Below are positions 36,239-44,987 of a DNA stretch of 64,000 nt, piece by piece. The DNA comes from an uncultured Eubacteriales bacterium (GTDB taxonomy: Bacteria; Bacillota; Clostridia; Oscillospirales; CAG-382), in NCBI GenBank assembly GCA_934444485.1, contig CAKSCN010000001.1:12355-76354 (forward strand), given 5' to 3'. The notes under the pieces were generated by a model that was not told the origin of the DNA, did not search any database, and saw only the letters and a program-made list of their open reading frames with translations. The translations under genes were made by a program, and so were the position numbers. Position 1 is the first letter of the stretch. Every line of letters begins with the position of its first letter.

Positions 36239-37774
36239 ATGATTTCTTTGAAAGATTACTGGAAGGTAATAAGCCTCGTACTTACCTTGTCGGTAATGAT
36301 GTCCTATGTTTGCATTTGTTTGGCAGGGACAGACACTGCGGAAAATATCACAAAAGCCGTTGGAGATGTAATTAACGGTCTTGATGATATTGGAAACGGA
36401 CCGACAGATAAAACAAAAACAGAATCCGTCGAAAACATTTCGGACGTTGAAGATGATTTGGCGGAAATCATGTCGGAAAACACCGTAAACAGTGTCAGGG
36501 GAGATGTATACAGCCTCAGGATTGCCGCCGAAAACGGAAAAGTCGGAGACACGATAACCGTCACTGTATCTATCCCGTCAAGAGCCAACGGTACAGGGGC
36601 AGTCGGCGGAAGCTTCAATCTTGTGTACGATAACGCAAAAATGAACCTTGTAGAAGCAACAACAGGAGAGCTTATTTCCGGCTGCGCATCGTCACTCAAC
36701 CCTAATTTTGCGCCAAATAAAATAAGGCTCTCATTTGCCGGGACAAGCGAACTATCGGCAAACGGCGGAGCCCTTGTGACGGCTAAATTTAAATATAAAG
36801 CCGCAGGCACGGCAATATTTTCGGCGGAAGATTTGCAGCTTTGCGGTTTTGATTTAAGTCAATTTTATTGTACCGACTCTTCAAAATCGGTTACGATAAC
36901 CTCGGCAAGCACAACCGTCTCCGTCACCGGAGTCTCGCTTAACAAATCTTCGGCAACGCTCAATGTCGGCGACACAACGACGCTCACCGCAACCGTTGCT
37001 CCTTCAAATGCAACAAACAAAAATGTTACATGGACATCGTCGAACACGGCTGTTGCAACCGTATCAAACGGTGTTGTCACCGCAAAGAAAGCCGGAACGG
37101 CGACGATTACCGTTAAAACCGCAGACGGCAATAAGACCGCAACGTGCAGCGTGACGGTGAAGGCGGCAACTGACAATTCTAAAGCCAGATTTACTTTTAG
37201 CGAAGCTACTGGGCGTCCTGGCAATCAGGTAAAGATTACTCTTAGTTTAAAATCTGCTGAAACAATCAATTCGGTTGCATTGTCAGAAATTAGTTTTGAC
37301 TCCAATGTACTGATATTCGACGGGTTCACGGATTATGACAATATTAGTGACTTGTCAATTCTTCCGCCGAGTTTTGATGCCGATAAAATGGCTATCATCT
37401 TCGCCTTGAAAAACGCAACAGCTTTTGACGGAAAAATATGTACACTAAATTTTAGAATTAAGGAAAATGCTACCGAAGGCGTGTATAATATCAACGCTAA
37501 TTCTACAGTTAAATTTGGTTCAAAGTTAGTTTCGTCGTCTGTTACCGCCGGTGAGATAACAGTTTGTATGCAAATTCTTGGTGATATAGACGGTAATGAA
37601 ACCGTAGATATTGATGATGCCGTGCTTTTATTCCAACATAGCATGCTTCCAGATCTTTACCCTGTCAAATATATCGGGAGCATGGACTTCAACAATGACG
37701 GCACAGTAGATATTGACGATGCTGTCCGCCTGTTCCAATACAGTATGCTTCCGGATTTGTACCCCTTGAATTGA
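36239..37774 (+). CDS. adaptor scaffoldin-like protein: cohesin, Big_2, cohesin, dockerin
   Basis: Cohesin-like module (YSLRIAAENGKVGDTITVTVSIPS...GGSFNLVYDNAKMNLVE). Big_2 module (VTGVSLNKSSATLNVGDTTTLTATVAPSNATNKNVTWTSSN). A second cohesin-like module. Dockerin with duplicated DIDGNETVDIDDAVLLFQHSMLPDLYP and DFNNDGTVDIDDAVRLFQYSMLPDLYP. The true start may be TTG 36248, which is better spaced from AAGGAG. Confidence 0.75.
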   Translation: MISLKDYWKVISLVLTLSVMMSYVCICLAGTDTAENITKAVGDVINGLDDIGNGPTDKTKTESVENISDVEDDLAEIMSENTVNSVRGDVYSLRIAAENGKVGDTITVTVSIPSRANGTGAVGGSFNLVYDNAKMNLVEATTGELISGCASSLNPNFAPNKIRLSFAGTSELSANGGALVTAKFKYKAAGTAIFSAEDLQLCGFDLSQFYCTDSSKSVTITSASTTVSVTGVSLNKSSATLNVGDTTTLTATVAPSNATNKNVTWTSSNTAVATVSNGVVTAKKAGTATITVKTADGNKTATCSVTVKAATDNSKARFTFSEATGRPGNQVKITLSLKSAETINSVALSEISFDSNVLIFDGFTDYDNISDLSILPPSFDADKMAIIFALKNATAFDGKICTLNFRIKENATEGVYNINANSTVKFGSKLVSSSVTAGEITVCMQILGDIDGNETVDIDDAVLLFQHSMLPDLYPVKYIGSMDFNNDGTVDIDDAVRLFQYSMLPDLYPLN

Positions 37775-37808
37775 ATTTGACTGATAAAAAATAGAGAGGA
37801 CTTTAAAC

Positions 37809-40800
37809 ATGAAAAGAATAATAACAATACTTGTGGCGTTGATGATGTGTTTTTCTTTTGTTATCGTGAATGCAAAAGAAGCTATCCCTGCTGAAGCTAA
37901 GTCGATTTTCACTTTGGAATCTTCCAAAGGCTACCTTGGTGAAACAGTTAAGATTAAGATTTCACTTAAATGCACGGAGGATATCAACTCCATAGCACTT
38001 TCAAGATTTAATTATGATGAAAATGTATTTGAGTTTGTTTCTTTTTCTGATTATGATCACATAAACGATATGACAATTCTTCCGCCAAGTTTCGACGAAG
38101 ATGTAATCGCCATTTCTTTAGCTTTGAAAGAAACAAAAAAGTTCAGTGGAACCATTTGTACAGCAACGTTTAAAATAAATTCAAATGCAGAACCCGGTAC
38201 ATATACAATTTCTGCAGAGCCGCTAACTAAAAAGAAGTCTGATATTGTGGATTCTTTCACAATTCCTGCTGAAATAGTAGTATCAGATAGGCCTAAGAAA
38301 GACTTCCCCTCGACGATAAAGTTTGAGGACAAGGAAGTTGAGTACAACGGCAAGGAACAGTCGATAACGGTATCCGGCAAGCTTCCTGCCGGAACAGAGG
38401 TTGAGTACAACAATACCAATAAGGCAACGGACGCCGGAGAATACAAGGCCGAAGCTATTCTCACAGCTCCCGGTTACAACGAGAAAAAGCTTGAAGCAAA
38501 CCTCACCATTCTTCCGAAAGCAATCACCGCAAGCGGAGTAACCGCCGAAAACAAGACCTATGACGGTACTGATGAAGCGAAGATAAGCGGCGGAAAAATC
38601 GAAGGAATAGAGGAGGGCGATGACGTTAACGCCACCTGTCCCGAAACAGGAAAATTCGCAAGTGCCAATGCGGGCAACGGTATTTCTGTTACTGCTTCCG
38701 ATATTGTTCTCAGCGGTGCTGACGCTCATAATTATAAAATTGCGAAGCAGCCGTCGCTGAAAGCAAACATCACTCCCGCCCCCATAACCGTAACCGCAGA
38801 CAACAAGAGCATGAGAAAGGGCGACAGCCTTCCCGAACTTACCTACAGTGTAACAGACGGTGAACTGTTCGACGATAACGCACTCTCCGGCAAGCTTGCA
38901 ACAAAGGCGAACGGTTCCAAGACAGGCGAATTTGACATAACAGTCGGCACACTCAAGGCTTCCGCAAACTACAAGATGACCTTTATCGGCGGAAAGCTTA
39001 CCGTCTCCGATAAAAAAGCACAGGATGTGGTTATCGCAAAGGTTGACAAAAAGACATACGGCGACGCTTCCTTCTCAATTGCTCCCGAATCCGACGGCAA
39101 CTCCGAGCTCGGCACATTTACATACAAAAGCAGCAACTCCGATATAGCGGAAATCGACAGCAACGGCAACGTTATAATAAAGGCGGCGGGAAATGTTTCC
39201 CTGACAGTAGAACGTGCCGGAAATGACAACATCGCAGATTTCAGCACTACCGTTAAGCTCAATGTTGCCAAGGCTAAGATTACGGTTACCGCAAATGCCG
39301 CTACAAAGCGTTTCGGCACTCAGGACCCCGAGCTTACCTATACGTACACAGGCGAGTTGGTCGGTGCGGACGAATTCACGGGTGCTCTTTCGAGAAAATC
39401 CGGCGAAAAGATAGGCAAGTACGCCATTACCATCGGCACACTCTCCCTCGGCAAAAACTACGACATCTCTTTTGTCGGTGCAACCTTTGAAATTACCGAC
39501 AAGACGCCGCAGAATATCACAGTTTCGTGCGACAGCGAAAAAACCTACGGCGACGACGATTTCAAGATTACCGTCACCCCCGACGCCGTTTCCGGACTTA
39601 CAGCATTCACTTATGAAAGCAGTAATACCAACGTTATTGAGGTCTCCGCAGACGGCACCGTTACCGTAAAAGCAGCCGGTGAAGCGACAATTACGGTAAA
39701 GCAAGCCGGGAACGATGAGTTTGCTCCTTTTGAAAAGACGATTGCAATAAAGGTCGGCAAGAAGTCTGTCGGCATTGTTTCTCTCGATTTGGATAACAAG
39801 ACCGTCATTTTCGATATTGATGCGGAGGGCATTTCACTTGACTTTGACAAGCTTGTCATCGAAAGAGTAAAGGATTCGGAGAAGGTCAATGTAACCGGAA
39901 TGGTTCTCACGGGCGAAAAGGCTGAGAACTACGCACTCACAACAGAGTCCTTTGAAACAACGGCGGATGCAGAAAATCTTGTGGATATCACCGTAAAGGC
40001 GTCCGGAGGTGATGTTGAAGGCGCAGGAACACACATAAAGAACAGCAAGGTAACTCTCACCGCAAAGCCTAACTCCGGTTACAGCTTTGACGGATACTAC
40101 GTAGGCACAAAGCTTGTATTTGCCAAGGCGGTATATGAATTTGATGCTGCCGAAGATATTGAACTCACCGCAAAATTTACAAGACACAGTACCGGAAGTT
40201 CTTCCTCCGAGGTCTTTCCCGTGAAGGGCGGTGGAAACAGCGGCACAAAGCAGGAGGTTGCCAAGATAACAGTAACCTTCGACACCAACGGCGGCAGTAC
40301 AATACAGACACAGACTATTTCGACCGGTTGCACCGCAATAAGACCCATGAACCCTGTAAAGGACGGATACATCTTTGACGGTTGGTATTCCGACAAAGAG
40401 CTTACCAAATCGTTTGCATTTGCGACAATTCTCAGAGAGAACACCACAATTTACGCAAAGTGGGCACCCGGAGCGGAAATGGGTAAGAGACAGTTCGTAC
40501 TCACCGTAGGAAGCATGAATGCGAACGTGTTCGGTGAATCAAAGGTAAATGATGTTGCTCCCATAGTCAAGAACAACCGCACCATGCTCCCGGCTCGTTT
40601 TGTTGCTGAAAACCTCGGTGCGACAGTTGAGTGGGACGCCGAAAACCGTGTTGTCACCGTAAAGAATGCAACTGTAACGATTAAGATAACAATCGGTTCG
40701 GATATTGCGACAGTGAACGGCGTTGAAGAGAAGCTTGATTCTCCGGCATTCATAGAGAACAGCCGTACATACACTCCTGTTCGCTTTATTGCCGAAAAGC

Positions 40801-40865
40801 TTGGCGCAACCGTTGAATGGAATGCGGCAAGAAACGAGGTCGTTATCACAAAGGCGGCTCGCTGA
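37809..40865 (+). CDS. anchoring scaffoldin-like protein: cohesin-like module, YDG/MBG repeats, one Flg_new repeat, C-terminal copper-amine-oxidase-N-like (stalk) repeats
   Basis: Signal peptide. The N-terminal module is paralogous to the second cohesin of the preceding gene (shared ...INS(I/V)ALS...ILPPSFD...). KTYDGT and MBG-type blocks (ITVTADNKSMRKGDSLPELTYSVTDG...GTLKASANYKMTFIGGKLTV). C-terminal MLPARFVAENLGATVEWDAENRVVTV and YTPVRFIAEKLGATVEWNAARNEVVIT. Confidence 0.75.
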   Translation: MKRIITILVALMMCFSFVIVNAKEAIPAEAKSIFTLESSKGYLGETVKIKISLKCTEDINSIALSRFNYDENVFEFVSFSDYDHINDMTILPPSFDEDVIAISLALKETKKFSGTICTATFKINSNAEPGTYTISAEPLTKKKSDIVDSFTIPAEIVVSDRPKKDFPSTIKFEDKEVEYNGKEQSITVSGKLPAGTEVEYNNTNKATDAGEYKAEAILTAPGYNEKKLEANLTILPKAITASGVTAENKTYDGTDEAKISGGKIEGIEEGDDVNATCPETGKFASANAGNGISVTASDIVLSGADAHNYKIAKQPSLKANITPAPITVTADNKSMRKGDSLPELTYSVTDGELFDDNALSGKLATKANGSKTGEFDITVGTLKASANYKMTFIGGKLTVSDKKAQDVVIAKVDKKTYGDASFSIAPESDGNSELGTFTYKSSNSDIAEIDSNGNVIIKAAGNVSLTVERAGNDNIADFSTTVKLNVAKAKITVTANAATKRFGTQDPELTYTYTGELVGADEFTGALSRKSGEKIGKYAITIGTLSLGKNYDISFVGATFEITDKTPQNITVSCDSEKTYGDDDFKITVTPDAVSGLTAFTYESSNTNVIEVSADGTVTVKAAGEATITVKQAGNDEFAPFEKTIAIKVGKKSVGIVSLDLDNKTVIFDIDAEGISLDFDKLVIERVKDSEKVNVTGMVLTGEKAENYALTTESFETTADAENLVDITVKASGGDVEGAGTHIKNSKVTLTAKPNSGYSFDGYYVGTKLVFAKAVYEFDAAEDIELTAKFTRHSTGSSSSEVFPVKGGGNSGTKQEVAKITVTFDTNGGSTIQTQTISTGCTAIRPMNPVKDGYIFDGWYSDKELTKSFAFATILRENTTIYAKWAPGAEMGKRQFVLTVGSMNANVFGESKVNDVAPIVKNNRTMLPARFVAENLGATVEWDAENRVVTVKNATVTIKITIGSDIATVNGVEEKLDSPAFIENSRTYTPVRFIAEKLGATVEWNAARNEVVITKAAR

Positions 40866-40973
40866 ACGTTTTTTGCGTGTATGCACTGTCCGAAAGAGTA
40901 AGTATCTGAGGGCATGATATATCTGCGTCCCTCCTCATGGGGGACGCTTTTTACAAAGAGCAGAGAGGAATGC

Positions 40974-43900
40974 ATGATAGTGAAAAAGCATCATCTGAAA
41001 AAAGTCTTTTCATTTGTATTTGCCGTTTTGGTGTGCCTGTGCGGCATGCAATTTGTTGCGGCGGAAGAAAAGGAAGAAAGTTTATCTTTGGAGAATGAGG
41101 AGAATACTGAACCTAATGAGATAGAATCGGATTCTTTTCCATTCTATTTCATTTCCGACGGCAAGCTATATAAAGCCGACAAGGATAGCGAAATACTGAT
41201 CGACGGAGAGTATACATTTAAACAGATTTTTTCGGAGTACAGTCTTGTATTTGCGCGAGGGATTGACTCCGACGGCAACACACACGATGTAATTCTGGGA
41301 AATGCTGGAGAAGTAAACTTTGAAGGGAAGGATAAGATAATCGCTCTTCAATCCGTAACCGGCAGAGCAAACGAAACCACAATATATAACTATATCAGAA
41401 ATACTATGGGATTAAACGAAGCAGCGGCTTGCGGAATGCTTGCAAACATTCAGAATGAGTCCGGCTTTAATCCCACTGCCGAAGGAGATAACTATACAAG
41501 CTACGGCATTTGTCAATGGCACGCTTCACGCAAGGAAAGCCTGAAAAACTATTGTTCAAAAAACAGTCTTGACTACAGAACTTTAGATGGTCAGCTCAAA
41601 TACCTCGAGTACGAGCTGAAAAACAGTTTTGCAGGTGTATGGAATCATCTCAGGACAACTGAAAACACAGCCGACGGTGCTTATGACGCCGGCGCATATT
41701 GGTGTGCCTATTTTGAAAAACCGGCAGGTTACGGCGAATGGAAAAACGGCGTATTAATTTATGGCAGTGTAACAATAGCCCGAGGAAATCTTGCGAAGAA
41801 TACATATTGGGCAGAATATGGAACGTCCGTAGCTGCCTGCGACGGCTGGCTTTACACGCAGTACAATGACCCTGACGGGGAACACAGCATAAACGCAGAC
41901 GCAGCTGTCGGAAACGAACTCGGAACTATTCCTACAGAAGACGGTTCAGGATGCGGATATGTCGTTGTCACAAAATACAGTTCCGACAGGAAATGGGGAT
42001 ATGTATCTTATAAAGGCGTTACCGGCTGGACTCGTCTCTATGAGCCGTATATCAAATATGTCAGCGATTATACCTGTCCTGTGGTCACCTTTAACGCCAA
42101 CGGCGGCACACTTTCCGGCGACAGTACAAAAAAAGTCTACATAAACACATATTACGGCACACTTCCCACTGCTTCAAGAATCGGATATACATTCGACGGT
42201 TGGTACACCTCAACGCAAACACAGAATCCGAAGTATGAAATTACCGCAGATACCGTCGTTTCCGTTACGGTAGATCAAACCTATTATGCCCACTGGACGC
42301 CTAACAACTATACAATCAATTACAGTGCCAACGGCGGTACAGGTGCTCCGGCATCACAGACAAAGACACATGGTCAGAGTATAAACCTGAGCAGTTTAAA
42401 ACCTACACGCACAGGATATACATTCAAGTGCTGGAACACTCAGGCAGACGGAAGCGGTACGGATTGGTATCCAAATGAAACCTACAGCACAAATAGAGAT
42501 TTGTTTTTGTATGCTAAGTGGGAAAAAGTCAGTATAAGTAAAAGTTTGTTTTTGCACCCAAATTATGGAGATAACGAATCCATGCTGCTATGCTTCAACG
42601 AAAGCGGCGAATTTGCTGAAATTGCCCCGTTTGAAAGGGATGGCTACGAACAAATAGGCTGGTCTCTCTCCCCCTCCTCATCCGAAATTGCTTATGGATT
42701 TGCTGATAACAACAGAACCTATATAACGTACGACGAAATGGATGGAGATGTTTACCTCTATGCGGTGTGGAAAGCAAATACATACACCATTACATACAAC
42801 GCCAACGGCGGTACAGGTTCTCCCTCGTCGCAGACAAAGACACATGGTCAGAGTATAAATTTGAGAGACGCTACACCAACACGTATAGGGTACAATTTCT
42901 TGTTTTGGACAGTGACACCTGACGGAGGATCTTGTTGGTATCCGGGCGAAAGCTATGAAGGAAACAGGGATTTGCATTTGTATGCACAATGGGAAGCGAA
43001 AACTTACACGATCGCATATAACGCCAACGGCGGCACGGGTGCACCCTCGTCGCAGACAAAGACACATGGTAAAAGTATATACCTGATAAGTTCAACACCG
43101 ACGAGGGATGGATACGATTTTATTTATTGGAACACAAGAGCGGACGGCAGCGGCGTGCGTTGGGATCCAAACGATAGCTATAGCATTGATGCAGATTTGT
43201 ATTTATATGCTCAATGGAAATCTGTGATCACCCCCGGCGACATAAACGGTGACGGTGAAATTGACTATGCGGATGCAGTCATGGCTTTGAAGCACGACTC
43301 CGGTCTTGTTACACTCACAGGTGACAAGCTCACTGCGGCCGATGTGAACAGTGACGGCGAGGTTGATTTCAACGATGCAGTTCTAATTCTTAAATACGAC
43401 AGCGGGCTTATTTCGGAGTTCGATGTCATTTCAAAGGTTTATTTTGTCCCGGAAAACACAACATACCTGAAAGTCGGCGAGTACTTTAATGTTGACGCCG
43501 TTGCAAGGTATATGGACGGCAGATTCGAGCCATATGCCTCGAAACTGGATATGTATGTTTCTTCAGGTGAAAATGTCGTTTCCGTAAATGGTGTAAAGGT
43601 AACCGCCCTCAAAGAAGGCAACGCAACCGTGCGATTCAGAAATAAGGTGGGTGGGCTTGAAAATGAGAGCTTCTATATTGTTGTTACAGGTGATTCAAAA
43701 GATGAAAACACTATATCCACCATCACGCTTCCGGAAACAAGCGTCACGCTTTATGTCGGCGACACATACGACATATCCGCCACAGCAACTTACAAAGACG
43801 GGAGCCAAAGGCTGTTTGAAAACACAGAGGCGTACATTTACAGTGGTTCAGATTATATCAGTCTCGACGGCAACACGATAACCGGGTTGAAAGCGGGAAC

Positions 43901-44525
43901 TGCGAAAATCAGATTTAAGAACGAGTATCTCTCCAATAGGACTTTCACTGTTTACATAATTGACGTCAGCTACAGAATAACCCGATCCTACGAAAAAGTC
44001 ACTAATGCGGACGGCGAAAAGGTTCTCACCTACACAGTCTACAACCCCTACACGGGCAAAACGGAAGATATTGAGGCGGTAAACCCCAATGCCGCTATCG
44101 CTCCCGCCGGCACGATTCTTTCAAAATCAGACAGTTACTTGAACAACGACGATGTTTACGGTACAATCAATCCAAATCTGTCATCGGGAAGTGTCGAGCT
44201 TAATACCACACTGAAGACCGACAAACTCGGCAAGCTCGGTTGGGTTGAAATTGAAAGCTATGACACAGATTTCGCCACTTTACGCGCTAATTTACGTGTT
44301 GTCGGCGATACAAATGTTTACAACATTACCGGCTCTACGACCGTTACCTTCTTGGATTATTCCGAAGCAACGCTCAAGGTCGTGGACGCCACAGTTCTCG
44401 GTTCATCTTCGACGGCTTATCGGTACAAAAGCAACAAATCAAACAAGCTGAGAGCATTCATATCCGCAAAGAAATCTGCCGGAAGCGGATACGACGCCGC
44501 ATTCGTTATGATTGTGCGTGATTGA
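40974..44525 (+). CDS. secreted lysozyme-like muramidase (phage tail lysozyme-type domain) with Flg_new repeats, an internal dockerin and Big_2-like modules
   Basis: Start at ATG 40974 (GAGAGGA ribosome-binding site; signal MIVKKHHLKKVFSFVFAVLVCLCGMQFVAA). Lysozyme-like block AAACGMLANIQNESGFNPTAEGDNYTSYGICQWHASRKESLKNYC. Flg_new repeats almost identical to those of 31302..34490. Dockerin GDINGDGEIDYADAVMAL...ADVNSDGEVDFNDAVLILKY. Two Big_2-like modules follow. Confidence 0.8.
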   Translation: MIVKKHHLKKVFSFVFAVLVCLCGMQFVAAEEKEESLSLENEENTEPNEIESDSFPFYFISDGKLYKADKDSEILIDGEYTFKQIFSEYSLVFARGIDSDGNTHDVILGNAGEVNFEGKDKIIALQSVTGRANETTIYNYIRNTMGLNEAAACGMLANIQNESGFNPTAEGDNYTSYGICQWHASRKESLKNYCSKNSLDYRTLDGQLKYLEYELKNSFAGVWNHLRTTENTADGAYDAGAYWCAYFEKPAGYGEWKNGVLIYGSVTIARGNLAKNTYWAEYGTSVAACDGWLYTQYNDPDGEHSINADAAVGNELGTIPTEDGSGCGYVVVTKYSSDRKWGYVSYKGVTGWTRLYEPYIKYVSDYTCPVVTFNANGGTLSGDSTKKVYINTYYGTLPTASRIGYTFDGWYTSTQTQNPKYEITADTVVSVTVDQTYYAHWTPNNYTINYSANGGTGAPASQTKTHGQSINLSSLKPTRTGYTFKCWNTQADGSGTDWYPNETYSTNRDLFLYAKWEKVSISKSLFLHPNYGDNESMLLCFNESGEFAEIAPFERDGYEQIGWSLSPSSSEIAYGFADNNRTYITYDEMDGDVYLYAVWKANTYTITYNANGGTGSPSSQTKTHGQSINLRDATPTRIGYNFLFWTVTPDGGSCWYPGESYEGNRDLHLYAQWEAKTYTIAYNANGGTGAPSSQTKTHGKSIYLISSTPTRDGYDFIYWNTRADGSGVRWDPNDSYSIDADLYLYAQWKSVITPGDINGDGEIDYADAVMALKHDSGLVTLTGDKLTAADVNSDGEVDFNDAVLILKYDSGLISEFDVISKVYFVPENTTYLKVGEYFNVDAVARYMDGRFEPYASKLDMYVSSGENVVSVNGVKVTALKEGNATVRFRNKVGGLENESFYIVVTGDSKDENTISTITLPETSVTLYVGDTYDISATATYKDGSQRLFENTEAYIYSGSDYISLDGNTITGLKAGTAKIRFKNEYLSNRTFTVYIIDVSYRITRSYEKVTNADGEKVLTYTVYNPYTGKTEDIEAVNPNAAIAPAGTILSKSDSYLNNDDVYGTINPNLSSGSVELNTTLKTDKLGKLGWVEIESYDTDFATLRANLRVVGDTNVYNITGSTTVTFLDYSEATLKVVDATVLGSSSTAYRYKSNKSNKLRAFISAKKSAGSGYDAAFVMIVRD

Positions 44526-44537
44526 CACCTTTATCAG

Positions 44538-44709
44538 CTGCGACATCGACAGCGACGGCAGAGTGGGACTTTCGGACACGTGAGCTTGCGAAAATGCTCA
44601 GCGACTGAGGAAAACCTAAGCGTGTGTTCGGATAAAGGTATCCGTATATCAAATGCGTACACGCATAATAAATGCGCACCTCAAAAACGAGGTGCGCTGT
44701 CTTTTTGTT
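44538..44709 (+). pseudogene. relic of a dockerin-coding 3-prime end plus terminator, duplicate of 14768..14922
   Basis: ctgcgacatcgacagcgacggcagagtgggactttcggac matches the GH2 dockerin segment at 38 of 40 positions and encodes CDIDSDGRVGLSD then a stop. The downstream gcataataaatgcgcacctcaaaaacgaggtgcgctgt terminator block is also shared. Confidence 0.7.
44674..44709 (+). terminator. rho-independent terminator (copy of 14886..14922)
   Basis: GCGCACC-tcaaaaac-GAGGTGCGC followed by tgtctttttgtt. Confidence 0.6.
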
Positions 44710-44987
44710 CGTGCTGTTCTGCGTTCGATGTGATACCACTTCTCCGAAGACGTCCGACTCATTCATTGCAAGCTGCCGCCACACCGCCGCTACGGAAAAT
44801 TACCACGGCGTCGCCACAAATGAAATCTGTATTAGAGGTGGTTCGTGGCTATTGCCCGGACAAGCGATTTATATTCTCCTGCCACCGGCGAGAGCTTATA
44901 AATTTTACACGAGTGGGTACCGCCGTGCCCTGCTTGCCATGTATGTTTGCGTCGCTATTATGGTTCCTTGCGGCACACGCAACAGTC

